A stretch of 64,000 bases of DNA from the human T2T-CHM13v2.0 reference genome, Homo sapiens. This document shows, in pieces, positions 28,322 through 44,905 of the stretch. The stretch lies in the NCBI RefSeq assembly GCF_009914755.1, contig NC_060927.1, one strand, 5' to 3'. The notes beneath the pieces were generated by a model, which worked only from the letters and a program-made list of their open reading frames with translations, had not been told where the DNA came from and made no database searches. Every line of letters begins with the position of its first letter. The stretch's first letter is position 1. The position numbers and the translations under genes are program-made.

Positions 28322-28479
28322 ATGATTATTGTGATGGGATATTTCTCTATCTATCCTTTTAAAATCATAAATGGCTGTCAGGTTTTGTCAAATAACTTCT
28401 AATTATATGTTGAACTAATCAACAGGGCATTGTTTTTACCTTTATAATTAAATGTGTATATAGCCTTACTAAAATATAT

Positions 28480-29035
28480 TTTTTATATAGCACAACACAC
28501 ATATTTAAAATATACCATTTGATGAGTTTTGACATATCTACACTGCAAAACTATTGCCACAATCAAGATAATGAAGATTTCATCACTCTTAAAAGTTCCC
28601 TTATGCCATTTTATAATTAATTATTCCTCCCATATTTGTACCCAGGAACTAAGGTTATGTTTACTATTACTATTGATTAATGCATTTCTATAATTTTATG
28701 TGAATGAAATCATATAGTACATCATCTATTTTGTCTAGCTTTTTATGCTCTGGAAAATTATCTTGATTTCCACCCAAGTTGTTGCAGGTGTTAATAGTTG
28801 TTCCTTGTTGTTTCTGAGTAGTAGTACATTCTATGAATATTCTACAACTTGTTTATCCATTCTTCTTTTTATGGACATTTGAATTATTTTCAGATTTGGC
28901 TATTATAAATAATGCTACTAAGAATATTTATGTACTGTTCTTTCTTTGAAATTATGCTTTCATTTTTTGGGATAACTGTATAGGATAGAATGGCTGGGTT
29001 ATGTGGTAGATGTATATTTAACGTTTTAAAAGAAA
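28480..29035 (-). mobile_element. L1MC/late L1MB-like 3' end
   Basis: TTTGATGAGTTTTGACATAT..CCACAATCAAGATAATGAA..AAAAGTTCCC; ATGGACATTTGAATT..GAATGGCTGGGTTATGTGGTAGATGTAT. Confidence 0.75.
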
Positions 29036-32000
29036 TATATTCATGTATAATTTATATACTATACAATTCATCCATTTCATATATACAATCCAATATTTGT
29101 TAGTATACTCACAGAGATGTGTAACCATCACCACAGTCTGATATTTAAATATTTTCATCATCCTAAAAAGAGACCCCATACCTATTAGCAGTCACTGCCC
29201 AATCCCCACTCTCCCATGTCACAATTCTCAGCCCTATGCAAGTAATCCACTTTTCTATTTCTATGGATTTGTTTTTTCTTTTTTTTTTTTAAATTACACT
29301 TTAGGTACTGGGATACATGTGCAGAACGTGCAGGTTTGTTACATAGTATACATGTGCCACGGTGGTTTGCTGCACTGATCCATCAGTCAATTATTACGTT
29401 AAGTATTTCTTCCAATGCTATCCCTTCCCTCACCCCAACCCCCTGACAGGCCTGGGTGTGTGATGTTCCTCTCCCTGTATTGATCTGTTCTCATTGTTCA
29501 AATCCCACTTAAAAGTGAGAATATGCAGTGTTTGGTTTTCTGTTCTTGGTTAGTTTGCTGAGAATGATGGCTTCCAGCTTCATCCATGTCCCTCCAAAGG
29601 ACATGAACTCATCCTTTTTTATGGCTGCATAGTATTCCATGGTGTATATGTGCCAAATTTTCTTTATCCAGTCTATCATTGATGGGCATTTGGGTTGGTT
29701 CCAAGTCTTTGCTGTTGTTAATAATGCTTCAGTAAACATATTCATGTGTCTTTATAGTAGAATAATTTATAATCCTTTGGATATATATCCAGTTATGGGA
29801 TTGGTGGGTCAAATGGTATTTCTGGTTCTAGATCCTTGAGGAATTGCCACACTGTCTTCCACAATGGTTGAACTAATTTACACTCCCACCAACAGTGTAA
29901 AAGCATTCCTATTTCCCCACATCCTCTCCGGCATCTATTGTTTCCTGACTTTTTAATGATTGCCATTCTAACTGCCGTGAGATGGTATCTCATTGTGGTT
30001 TTGTTGTGCATTTCTCTAATGACCAGTGATGATGAGCTTTCTTTCATATGTTTGTTGGCTGCATAATTGTATTCTTTTGAGAAGTGTCTGTTCTATCCTT
30101 CCCCCACTTTTTGATGGAGTTGTTTTTTTCTTTTAAATTTAAGTTCCTTGTAGATTCTGTATATTAGCCCTTTGTCAGATGGATAGATTGCAAAAATGTT
30201 CTCCCATTCTGTGGGTTGCCTGTTCACTCTGATGATAGTTTCTATTGCTATGCAGAAGCTCTTTAGTTTAATTAGATCCTATTTTTCAATTTTGGCTTTT
30301 GTTGCCATTGCTTTTGGTGTTTTAGTCATGAAGTCCTTGCCCATACCTATGTCCTGAAGGGTATTGCTTAGGTTTTCTTTGAGGGTTTTAGGTCTTACAT
30401 TTAAGTCTTTAATCCAACTTGGGTTAATTTTTGTATAAGGTGTAAGGAAAGGGTCCAGTTTCAGTTTTCTGCATATGGTTAGCCAGTTTTCTCAACACCA
30501 TTTATTAAATAGGGAACTCTTTCCCCATTGCTTGTTTTTATCAGGTTTCTGGAAGATCAGATGGTTGTAGATGTGTAGTGCTATCTCTGAGGCCTCTGTT
30601 CTGTTCCATTGGTCTATATATCTGTTTTGGTACCAGTACCATGCTGTTTTGGTTACTGTAGACTTGTAGTATAGTCTGAAGTCAGGTAGCATGATTCCTC
30701 CAGCTTTGTTATTTTTGCTTAGGATTGTCTTGGCTATACAGGCTCTTTTCTGCTTCCATATGAAATTTAAAGTAGTTTTTTTTCTAATTCTGTGAAGAAA
30801 GTCAATGGTAGCTTGATGGGGATAGCATTGAATCTATAAATTACTTTGGGCAGTGTGGCCATTTTCACAATATTGATTCTTCCTAGCCATGAGCATAGAA
30901 TGTTTTTCCATTTGTTTGATTCCTCTCTTATTTCCTTGAACAGTGGTTTGTAGTTCTCCTTGAAGAGGTCCTTCACATTCCTTGTAAATTGTATTCCTAG
31001 GTATTTTATTCTCTTTGTAGCAATTTTGAATAGGAGTTTACTCATCATTTGGCTCTCTGTTTATCTATTATTGTTGTATAGGTGTATAGGAATGCTTATG
31101 ATTTTTGCACATTGATTTTATATCCTGAGACTTTGCTGAAGTTGCTTATCAGCCTAAGGAGTTTATGCATTGAGATAACGGGGTTTTCTAAATATACAGT
31201 CATGTCATCTGCAAACAGAGACAACCTGACTTCCTCTTTTCCTATTTGAATACCTTTATTTCATTCTCTTGCCTGATTACGCTAGCCAGAACTTCCAATA
31301 TTATGTTGAATAGGAGTGGTAAGGGAGGGCATCCTTGTCTTATGCCAGTTTTCTAGGGGAATGCTTCCAGCTTTTGCCCATTCAGTTTGATATTGGCTGT
31401 GCGTTTGTCATAAACAGCTTTTTAAATTTTGATATATATTCCATCAATACCTAGTTTACTGAGTGTTTTTAGCATGAAGGGACATTGAATTTTATTGAAG
31501 GCCTTTTCTACATCTATTGAGATAATATGTGGTTTTTGTCATTGGTTCTGTTTATATGATAGATTACATTTTTTGATTTGCGTATGTTGAACCAGCCTTG
31601 CATTTCAGGGATGAAACCGACTTGATCGTGGGGATAAGCTTTTTGATGTGCTGCTGGATTCAATTTGCCAGTATTTTATTGAGGATTTTTGCATCAATGT
31701 TTATCAGGGATATTGGCCTGAAATTTTCTTTTTTTGTTGTGTCTCTGTGAGGTTTTGGTATCAGGATGATGCTGGCCTCGAAAAATGAGTTAGAGAGGAG
31801 TCCCTCTTTTTCTATTGTTTGGAATAGTTTCAGAAGAAATGGTACCAGCTCCTCTTTGTACCTCTGGTAGAATTTGGCTGTGAATCCACCTGGACCTGGG
31901 GTTTTTTTGGTTGGTGGGCTATTAATTACTGCCTCAATTTCAGAACTTGTTATTGGTCTATGCAAGGATTTGACTTCTTCCTGATTTAGTCTTGGGAGGG

Positions 32001-35000
32001 TGTATGTGCCCAGGAATTCATCCATTTCTTCTAGATTTTCTAGTTTATTTGTGTAAAGGTGTTTATAGTATTCTCTGATGGTAGTTCGTATTTCTGTGGG
32101 ATCGGTTGTGATATCCCCTTTATCATTGTTTATTGTGTCTATTTGATGCTTTTCTCTTTTTTTTTTTTCGTTAGTCTGGCTAGTGGTCTATCTATTTTGT
32201 TAATCTATTCAAAAAACCAGCTCCTGGATTCATTGATTTTTTCAAAGGGGTTTTCTTGTCTCTAGCTCCTTCAGTTCTGCTCTGATCTTAGTTATTTCTT
32301 ATCATCTGCTAGCTTTTGAATTTGTTTGCTCTAGCTTCTCTAGTTCTTTTAATTGTGATGTTAGGGTGTCGATTTTAGATCTTTCCCACTTTCTGATGTG
32401 GGCATTTAGTGCTATAAATTTCCCTCTAAACACTGCTTTAAATATATCCCAGAGATTCTGGTTCATTGTGTCTTTGTTCTCATTGGTTTCAAAGAACTTC
32501 ATTATTTCCTCCTTAATTTTGTTATTTACCCATAGTTATTCTGGAGCAGGATGTTCAGTTTCTGTGTAGTTTTGTGGTTTTGAGTGTGTTTCTTAATCCT
32601 GATTTCTAATTTGATTGCACTGTGGTCTGAGAGACAGTTTGTTATTATATCCATTATTTTACATTTGCTGAGGAGTGTTGTACTTCCAATTATGTGGTCA
32701 ATTTTAGAAAAAGTGCAATGTGGTGTTGAGAAGACTGTATATTCTGCTGATTTTGGGTGGAGAGTTCTGTAGATGCCTATTAGGTCTGCTTGGTCCAGAG
32801 CTGAGTTCAAGTCCTGAATATCCTTGTTTTTTTCTGTCTCATTAATCTGTCTAATATTGACAGTGGGGTATAAAAGTCTCCTACTATTATAGTGTGTGAG
32901 TCTAAGTCTCTTTGTAGGTCTCTAAGAACTTGCTTTATGAATCTGGGTGCTCCTGTATTGGGTGCATATATGTTTAGGATAGTTAGCTCTTCTTGTTATA
33001 TTGATCCCTTTACCATTATGTAATGCCCTTCTTTGTCTCTTGTGATCTTTGTTGGTTTAAAGTCTGTTTTATCAGAGACTTGGATTGGAACCCCTGCTTT
33101 TTTTGCTTTCCATTTGCTTGGTAAATCTTCCTCCATCCCTTTATTTTGAGCCTATGTGTCTTTGCACGTGAGATGGGTCTAATGAATACAGCACACCAAT
33201 GGGTCTTGACTCTGTCCAATTTGCCAGTCTGTGCCTTTTAATTGGGGCATTTAGCCCATTTACATTTAAGGTTAATATTGTTATGTGTGAATTTGATCTG
33301 GTCATTATGATGCTAGTTGGTTATTTTGCCCATTAGTTGATGTAGTTTCTTCAGAGCATCGATAGACTTTACATTTTGGTTTGTTTTTGCAGTGGCTGAT
33401 ACTGGTTTTTTCTTCCATATTTAGTGCTTCCTTCAGGAGCTCTTGTAAAGCAGGTCTGGTGGTGGTGACAAAATCCTTCAGCATTTGCTTCTCTGTAAGG
33501 GATTTTATTTTTCCTTCACTTATGAAGCTTAGTTTGGCTGGATATGAAATTCTGGGTTGAAAATTCTCTCTTAAAAATGTTGAACATTGGCCCTCACTCT
33601 CTTCTGGCTTGTAGGGTTTCTGCAGAGAGATCCATTATTAGTCTGAAGACTTCCCTTTGTGGGTAACCTGACCTTTCTCTCTGGCTGCCCTTAACATTTT
33701 TTCCTTTATTTCAACCTTGATGAAACTGGCAATTATGTGTCTTGGGATTGCTCTTCTCTGGGAGTATCTTTGTGGTGTTCTCTGTATTTCCTGAATTTGA
33801 ATGTTGGCCTGTCTTTCTAGGTTGGGGAAGTTCTCTGGATAATATCCTGAATTGTGTTTTCCAACTTGATTCCGCTCTCCCCATGACTTTCAGGTACACC
33901 AATCAATCATAGGTTTGGTCCTTTCACATAGTCCCATATTTCCTGGAGGGTTTGTTCATTCCTTTTCATCTTTCTTCTCTAATCTTGTCTTCATGCTTTA
34001 TTTCATTAAGTTTATCTTCAATCTCTGATATCCTTTCTTCTGCTTGACCGATTCAACTATTGATACTTGTGTATGCTTCACGAAGTTCTCGTGCTGTGTT
34101 TTTCAGCTCCATCAGGTCATTTATGTTCTTCTCTACACTGGTTATTCTATTTAGCAGTTTGTGTAACATTTTATCAGGTTTCTTAGCTTCCTTGCATTGG
34201 GTTAGAACATGCTCCATTAGCTCGGAGGAGTTTGTTATTACTCACCTTCTGAAGCCTACTTCTGTCAATTTGTCAAACTAATTCTCTGTCCAGTTTTGTT
34301 CCCTTGCTGGTGAGGAGCTGTGTTCCTTTGGAGGAGAGGAGGCATTCTGGTTTTTGGAATTTTCACATTTCACTCTGGTTTTTCCTCATTTTCATGGATT
34401 TGTCTACATTTGATCTTTGATGCACATGACCTTTCGATGGTGTATTTGTGTGGGCATCCTTTTTTGTTGATGTTGATGTTACTGCTTTCTGTTTGTTAGT
34501 TTCCCTTCTAACAGTCAGTCCCCTCTTCTGCAAGTCTGCTGGAGTTTGATTGAGGTCCGCTCCAGACCCTGTTTGCCTGAGTATCACCAGCAGAGGCTGC
34601 AGAACAGCAAAGATTGCTGCCTGATCCTTCCTCTGGAAGCTTCATCCCAGATGGGCACTTGCCAGATGCCAACTGGAGCTCTCCTGTATGAGGTGTCTGT
34701 TGACCCCTGCTGGGAAGTGTCTCCCAGTCAGGAGGCACGGGAACCCACTTGAGGAGGCAGTCTGTCCCTTAGCAGAGCTCAAGTGCTGTGCTGGGAGATC
34801 TGTTGCTTTCTTCAGCCCTGGCAGGCAGGAACATTTGATTTGTTTTTTTCTAGACTTTTTGAATAAATGGAATTCTACAATGTATGTTTTCTGTGACTGG
34901 CTTTCTTCTCTTAGCAAAATATCTTCAAGGTTCTTCCATGTTGTAGCAGGTATCAGTACTTTATTGCTATTTTATTGCTGAATAATAATCCATTGTATGG

Positions 35001-35600
35001 ATGTATTGAATTTTGTCTATTCGTCTGTTTATGGACATTTGGGAAGTTTTCACTTTTTTTGCTATTATGAAGAATGCTGCTATGAACATCAATGTACAAG
35101 TCTTCATTTGTAAATTTGCTTTAATTATTTTGGGCAAATACAAAGAATATAATGGCTGGGTCATATGGTAGATGTACAGTTAACTCTGAGAAACTTCTAA
35201 ACTATTTTCAAATCAGTTGTAATATTCTACATTTCTACCAGAAGTTATGAGAGTTCCAGTTGTTCTACATTTTCTTCATCACTTGGTGTGATCAAGATTT
35301 TAATCTTAGCCGATATGGTGGGTATTTAACTGTGGTTTTAATTTGTATCTCCATAATAACTAATGACACTAAACACATTTTAATATACTCATTTGGTATC
35401 TATACATCATTTTTGGTGAAGTATGTGTTTAAATTTTTTGCCCATTTTTATTGGATTTTCAGCTAATTATTCAGTTGTAAGAGCTTATTATATATTCTGG
35501 ATATAAGTCCTTTGTTGGATTTGTATGTTTGTCAATTGTTTTCTCCCAATTCGTGTCTTACCTTTTCCATTTTTAATACTGTATTTTAAATAGCAAATGT
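29036..35600 (-). mobile_element. L1MB-like 3' end split by the L1PA insertion (29036-29279 and 34837-35600)
   Basis: TACAATTCATCCATTT..CCTAAAAAGAGACCCCATACCTATTAGCAGTCAC; resumes TAGAC..ATAAATGGAAT..TTTCTGTGACTGGCTT. Confidence 0.8.
29280..34836 (-). mobile_element. L1PA7-like LINE-1, 5.6 kb, truncated within the 5'UTR; ORF1 and ORF2 disrupted; TSD GATTTGTTTTTT(T)CT
   Basis: ORF2 peptide fragments (LPRLNQEEV.., IKYLGIQFT.., AWYWYQNR.., [14 protein letters not shown]); poly-T at ~29271-29290; TSD at 29266-29279 and 34837-34851. Confidence 0.95.
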
Positions 35601-35602
35601 CT

Positions 35603-37285
35603 TTTATCAGCTTTATTGAGGTAAAATTGACAAAAATTGTTTATATTCAAGATATATAATGTGATGTTTTGATATATGTATATATTGAAATGATTTTCAA
35701 AATCAAGCTAATTAGCATATCCATTCCTTCACACAGTTACTTTTGTGTGTGTGTTTGTGTGGCGAGAATACTTGAGATCTACTCTCTTAGTGACTTTCAA
35801 GTATACAATAAAATATTAACTATATCCTCATGATGTAATAGGTCTTTAGAACTTATTCATTTTATAACTTCAAGTTTACACCCTTTGACCAACATATCAC
35901 TTCCCCCTAACCTCCAGTCCCTTAGTAACAACTCTTCTACTCTCTGTTTTTGTGAGTTAGTCTTTTTTAGATTCCTCATAAAAGTGAGATCATGTAGCAA
36001 TTTTCTTTCTATGTCTGGCTTATTTCACTTAGCTTAGTGTCCTCCATTTTCATCCATGTGGTCACAAATGGCAGGATTCCCTTCTTTGGAAGGCTGAAAA
36101 ATGTGTGTGTGTGTGTCTGTGTGTGTACATATATATTTATATATCACAATTTATTTATCTATTTATTCATTGAAGGGCACTTAGGTTGTTTCCATATCTT
36201 GGCTATTGTGAATAATGCTGCAATAAGTATGGGAGTAAAGATACTTCTTCGAGATAGTGATTTCGTTTCCTTTGAATATATGCCTAAGTGGGATTGCTGG
36301 GTCACATGGTAGTTCTATTTTTAGTTTTCTGAGGAGCCTCCATGCTATTTTCCACAATGACTCTTCCAATTTACATTCCCACCAGGACTGCATTACATCT
36401 GTAGATTATCATGGGTAATATGGTCATTTGGCAATACTAATTTATCTGTTCCATGAACTAGGAATGTATTGCCATTTATTTGTGTCTTCTTTAATTCCTT
36501 GCATTAATGTTTTAGTTTTCAGTGTACAGATTATTCAACTCCCGGATTAAATTTAATCCTAAGTATGTCCATTCTTTTTTGATACTATGTGTGTCAATAA
36601 ATTGAATAATTTAGAAGAAATGAATAAATTCCTAGACACATACAACCTATCAAGAATTAATCATAAAAAATAGAAAATTTGAACAGATCAATGATGAGTA
36701 AGGAGACTAAATAAGCAATCAAAACACTCCCATCAAAAAAAAAGCTCAAGATTTGATGGCTTTGCTGTTTAATTTTATCAACAGCTAAAGAAGAATTAAT
36801 AATACTGTTTCTCAAACCTTTCCCAAAAATGGAATGGGAAAGAACACTTCTGTACTTATTTTTACAAAGCCAGCATTATGCTAACATTAATGCCAGACAA
36901 AGATATATGAAAAAAGAAAACTATAAGCCAATAACCCTCCTGAAAATAGATGCAGAAAATCTTCAACAAAATGCTAGCAAACCAAATTCAACAGCACATT
37001 AAAAGGACCATACAGCATGATCAAGTGGGATTTATTCCTGGGATGCAAGAGTGTTTTAACATAGCCAAATCAATAAAGGTGATATATCACGTTAACAGAA
37101 TGAAGGACAGGAATCATATGATCATCTCAATAGCTGCAGAAAAAGTATTTCACAAAATTCAGCATCTTTTCATTATTACAAACTCTTACCAAATTAGGTA
37201 TAGAAGGCGTGTACCTCAACACAATAAAGGCCATACATGACAAGCCCACAGCTAGCACCATATTTAATGGGGAAAAGGTGAAAGA
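35603..37285 (-). mobile_element. Rearranged L1MA-like element: 3' end (35603-36390, -), ORF2 piece (36392-36590, -), inverted RT-domain piece (36592-37285, +)
   Basis: CAGCTTTATTGAGGTAAAATTGAC 3' end; + strand segment translates [48 protein letters not shown]. Confidence 0.8.
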
Positions 37286-37469
37286 ATGGTAGCTACAGTG
37301 AAGAGTCTGTTAATTCAATTGCAAATGTGTCTGAGGAAAATGATATTTGGATTACAGGAAGAAGAAAAGTATAAGATCCCCACTTATGCATATTTTTATA
37401 TAAGATCAATCTGGCAAAAAAAAAAAAACCTGAACAGCAAATCAGCCTTAATAAATAATACTAGAATGC

Positions 37470-37605
37470 AGAATGAATACAAGTCTCTCAAAGGCAGTAA
37501 TTATAGTCTTGTTAGAAAAAGATCTCATCTTTTTGGATCATCATTACATACCTAGAGCTTAGCACACAGAAGTTGTTCTAAAAATATTGAATATTGAGTG
37601 ACCAA
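37470..37605 (+). mobile_element. L2 3' end fragment
   Basis: AATACAAGTCTCTCAAAGGCAG..CCTAGAGCTTAGCACA..AAAAATATTG..TTGAGTGA. Confidence 0.5.
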
Positions 37606-37660
37606 GAAATAAGTAGAAAGGATGGGATAAACAGCCGACTGAAAGGATTACAAGTGAAAG

Positions 37661-37755
37661 ATCACTACACATTATACATCTTGAAACGTCACCATGTACC
37701 CCATGAATATGTACAATTATTATTTGTCAATTAAAAAATAATTTTTTAAAAAATT
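37661..37755 (+). mobile_element. Short L1MA 3' terminus
   Basis: CACCATGTACCCCATGAATATGTACAATTATTATTTGTCAATTAAAAAA. Confidence 0.8.
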
Positions 37756-37819
37756 ACAAAGTAAAAAGTAGACATTTAATAATAATTATCATCATCACCA
37801 TTATTTTACTGGTTAAAGG

Positions 37820-37935
37820 AAATTTAATATCCTGGATTGGATCCAAGAAAAGAAAAAGGACATTAGTGGAAACACGAAATCTAAATAAAACTTGTAGTTT
37901 GATTAAAAAATAATAATTGATAAATTCTGGATTTG
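37820..37935 (+). mobile_element. L1MC/ME 3'UTR fragment
   Basis: ATCCTGGATTGGATCCAAGAAAAGAAAAAGGACATTAGTGGAAA. Confidence 0.7.
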
Positions 37936-38344
37936 GATTCTGGTCCTTTGGAAACATTGATGAAGAAAGGACGGAAGTGAGATCTAAAGGCCTCTAATGT
38001 GGATGTTTTAGAGTCTGAAGGAGTTTCAATCAGGCAAGAATTGAAACTGATTCTATGATGGAGCCTGGGACTGGACTTCCATGGATTCTGGGTGGTGAAA
38101 CTTCAGAGGCCCAACAGGACCTCTGAGCTTTTGGGGGAGCCTCAGAAATAAGCATATATTTGGGAAGGGCTTATAATATTGGTCTTTTGTGAACAGTTCT
38201 GGGTTCTAACAGATGTGAGCGTAAAAGTACTGTGAGCATAACAATGTTAGGAGACTTCAGGGTTTGTAGATGAGGGAAATAAAAATGACTCCTATAGGCT
38301 TGTGGATGGTGGGACTTTGATGTTGCTCCCTGGATACTCCAAAG

Positions 38345-38503
38345 CCATGGTTGTCACATTTACTTTGTATCAGAATCACAGGGGAGCTTTCCAAAAAATG
38401 CAAAGCCCTGAGATTCTAATTGAATTAGAGCAAGATTCAGGCATCTATAGTTCTTCAACTTTCCCAGATTATTCTAATGTGCAGCCAAGGATTGAGACTG
38501 ACT
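38345..38503. mobile_element. MER5-family hAT-Charlie MITE
   Basis: ATCAGAATCACAGGGGAGCTT..GAGATTCTAATT..GGCATCT..CCCAGATTATTCTAATGTGCAGCCAAGGATTGAGAC. Confidence 0.75.
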
Positions 38504-38739
38504 TAAACCAAAGACCAAGGAGGCTTTACGTTAGGTGCACTGGAGAATCTTTAGAAATGTATTGCAAGTTATAAAGTCTGTGGCTGGACCTGAAAGCACT
38601 GGAGGAAGAAGCTAGGATTATGAGGTGAAAACATTTGGAAAGTGGAGGATGAGTAAAGGAGAAGATCAGTCATTGGGCATACTTCATTAAATTATATTTC
38701 AAGTACTGGAATTTACTCTATCCCTTACAAGCTACTAGA

Positions 38740-38885
38740 TTTTGTGGAAAAGGCAAAGAATCTGCAGTCAGGCACCATGAACTTAAGTTCAGCCTTATAC
38801 CCTTACAAACTGCCTGACTTTAATAGATTACTCAACCTTTCTCAACCTGATTTTTGTCATCTGCAAAGTGGGAATAATAATTTTA
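38740..38885 (+). mobile_element. MIR
   Basis: GTGGAAAAGGCAAAGAATCTGCAGTCAGG..TGACTTTAATAGATTACTCAACCTTTCT..TCATCTGCAAAGTGGGAATAATAA. Confidence 0.75.
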
Positions 38886-40268
38886 AAACCAAGGAGTCAC
38901 TGGGAATGGAGGAATTACAGAATGTCTATGTTAATGTCACTTATTATTAAATCCTGAAAGGCCTCCCCAAGCTGAAATCATTGTCAATTTGGGGGCTCTG
39001 TCCACAAACCCAGTTCCAAAATAAGAGTAGAGTTAGACAAGAAGTACAGTGATGATAAAAGAGAAGAAAAAAAGGAATATGAAGGCAGGTATCTGAGGTC
39101 TCCATGATTCAGGGTTGAGGAGCTAGATAGGAAAGAAAAGTAGAGTTTAGGTCCATTGAGGGTTTCAGGCTGAAAATGATAATATGATTTTCTCTGAGGT
39201 AGTCCAAAGATTAGATAAATGAAAGCTGCACTTCAGAGACTAAAATAACTGAGTTCACTGGAAAGCTGGGCTTTTTTCTATCCATGAGTGCCTTGAGGGA
39301 CCACCCTTCCCATGCACTTCTCCACTTGTACACAAAGATCCATATTTACCAATGAAGACCCTATGTTGGCTGATGTAAAAAAACAAAGGAACCATCCTTT
39401 TCACTGTAGCTTCAAATGAAGGAATTTTTTTCTAAAAAGGATGGTCAATAATTGAAATTGAAATGAGAGACACCAAAAATAAAGTAACGTTGGCTTAGTG
39501 CCCATAAAGCAGAGGACTAAAGCAGTTCATATATTCCCAAAGATCACACTGCTAGCTTGGCTACTGTAAAAACAGGACACTGTGTGTGTAAAATTGAAAA
39601 TAAAAACAGGCATTCTGTAAAAACATATTATGGTCTATTCATCTTCAGACATCTAGTTGGCACTGAAACATTTGGTTGAAATTAATTTGACCTTCCATCT
39701 GTGAAATTATTGTTTTCCATGGGCTTGGTCATATGATTATTAAGTGGTGGTTTTAGTTTCATCATTTTCTTTATTACATTTTAATATCAATGTTTTATTA
39801 TCTACGTAGAAGGTAGGACTAAGGACTATAACCACATTAATCATATTTCTACTATGAGAAAGTATTCAATGAGCTTCCCATAAAATGCTACCTTGAGGAA
39901 ATGTCACTATTAAAATTGTACAGCTGCTTTGAATACATAAAATTTTTACCAAAAAACAAAAACAGACACACTTAGAGTATTGTTGTTGAGGCTGGCATTA
40001 TTATGATGGTTGCTCGGTGGCCCTACCTCCCCCACCTCTTCCTGTCCAGTCATTGCTTATCACTGTCACTGCATGGTCAAATAAGTCCATATCTACTTCA
40101 GTAGATGGAAAAGAATGTACAAAAATGAAAACTCATTCTACGATGATATTTGCACCTTTAAAGGCCTGCTTATTTATGATCTGCCTTCGACTTTTTACCC
40201 TTCAAGCCCTTGAGCTTAAAAATATTAAATGAAGATGTTTTCTATATTCTACCTTTAAGACCTTTTGC

Positions 40269-40302
40269 AAGAGGAAAGAAATTATAAGAGGAAAGAAATT
40301 AT
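40269..40302. repeat. Perfect 17-bp tandem duplication
   Basis: AAGAGGAAAGAAATTAT x2. Confidence 0.95.
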
Positions 40303-41328
40303 TGTCTTTCCCTTCACTTGGCTAGAGGAAAAGATATAAAACAAACTCAAAGGAAAGAACAACAAGAAAAATAATACCATTTAAGCAGAAGTCAGATGGA
40401 ATATCAGTTTAGCCTTCTGAAACAGACACCACCGCAGCTACTCCATGTGTAGGGTCAATACAGAGCCCAGGAGCTAGCTAGGATGCTGTTGCTCTGATAC
40501 GGCTTTCTCAGACTCTGGTGCAAATCTGCAAAATAGCTCAGACTTAGAGGCACACCAATAACGTGCATATAATTATTATGGGAAATGTATAAGTTATTTA
40601 CCCAGTAAGCTCGAAAATATCAAAGGATGAATTTGGCTCTTATTAGCATGAAGCCTTTTAAAATGACACTCAGGAAATTCTTTTCTGTTATTTCATTTGC
40701 AGATTATTTCCTGAGTAGCTCTGTACCACATCTTGAGATTACAGAACCACCCAGAAATGTTATCCTCTTCTTTTAAACAAATATTGATTTTACCAGTCTT
40801 TCTGAGCCCAAATATTTTGGATGGGATGGAAATGAATGTCACATTTCTTTTTAGGGCTGTAAGTACTTAATGATGAGATTCCCTCAGGTGATATGGCACT
40901 AGCCAAAGAGTCAGTCATGAATTTTGGAAGGCGGTGTCCAGATGAAGAGAGCAGCTTCTTTGGTTTTAAGCTCTTGCTTGAAAACCAAGGCTAAAACCTG
41001 GTGATGTGGCATTTCGTCTGAGAGTGTTATTTCCATGCTAAAGAGCCGGTCCATCCCAAGTGATCAATGCTCAAACTATCTTATCTAGGATGAGCTGAAT
41101 CAAATAAGCTTGGGCTCCATTGCAAAGGTTCTGTGTAAAATTCCCCTTGGGGAGAGTCACTGGGCATAAGAGCTGGTTAGCACAGAATTTGAGCAAATTT
41201 CCCTGGGGCCTCCATGGGAAACCTATACTACCACTCCTCTCCACTGTGTGTAATCTGTAAAGGCTATGGGAAGGGAGGATATGCATTTCTAAGGAGTTAG
41301 CTTGGAATTGTCAAAACTAACCCCGTCT

Positions 41329-44285
<2,957 letters not shown>

Positions 44286-44684
44286 ACTAATCCCTTCTGC
44301 TGAGAGATGGAGCATAATGGAAATACTGGAATAGAAATAGAGACAGAGAGAAGAAAAAAATGAAACTGAGCTAAATAAAAATACTTCAATGCCAAGTGGA
44401 AGCAAAAGACTCAAACCTTGCCTGGCAAAGCAATCATTGGAATGTGTGCAACATTGTGAAGTAACAAGTAGAATGAGCAAAGAAAGTCACATGGAGTTCT
44501 CATGTGACTTTGAGATCAGGTTGATCTTGGAAAAATCAATTAGCTTCTTTGAATTTCATAATGTATTTCTTAATAACATTTATGAGGTGTCTCAGGCCTA
44601 ACAGAGAATGTTTTCATTTCTATTTTCTGTTCTATTCATATCTATCATGTGATGGAATGAGGACGAGGAGAAGCAGGAAGAGAA

Positions 44685-44905
44685 GAAACATTCAGCTAAT
44701 ACTCTATGTCAAGTTCTAAGTGCTAAAGTATATTTACTTCTTTTTTTCAACAACCCTATGAGGTATCTAACAGTATGAAGCCCATTTTATAGAAGAGACA
44801 TTGAGGTCAATGAGGTTATATAGTATGCATGATGACACTGTCAGTAAGTTTTGAAGACAGAATTCAAACTGGGTCAGCCTAGTCTTGAATTTTAAAACCA
44901 GATTT
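44685..44905 (-). mobile_element. MIR
   Basis: CAACAACCCTATGAGGTA..CCCATTTTATAGAAGAGACATTGAGG..AGAATTCAAACTGGGTC. Confidence 0.75.

Noticed and set aside
29509-33902. Series of minus-strand ORFs with endonuclease/RT-like peptides
   Set aside because: Fragments of L1PA7 ORF1/ORF2 broken by stops and frameshifts; not an intact retrotransposon or a novel RT system
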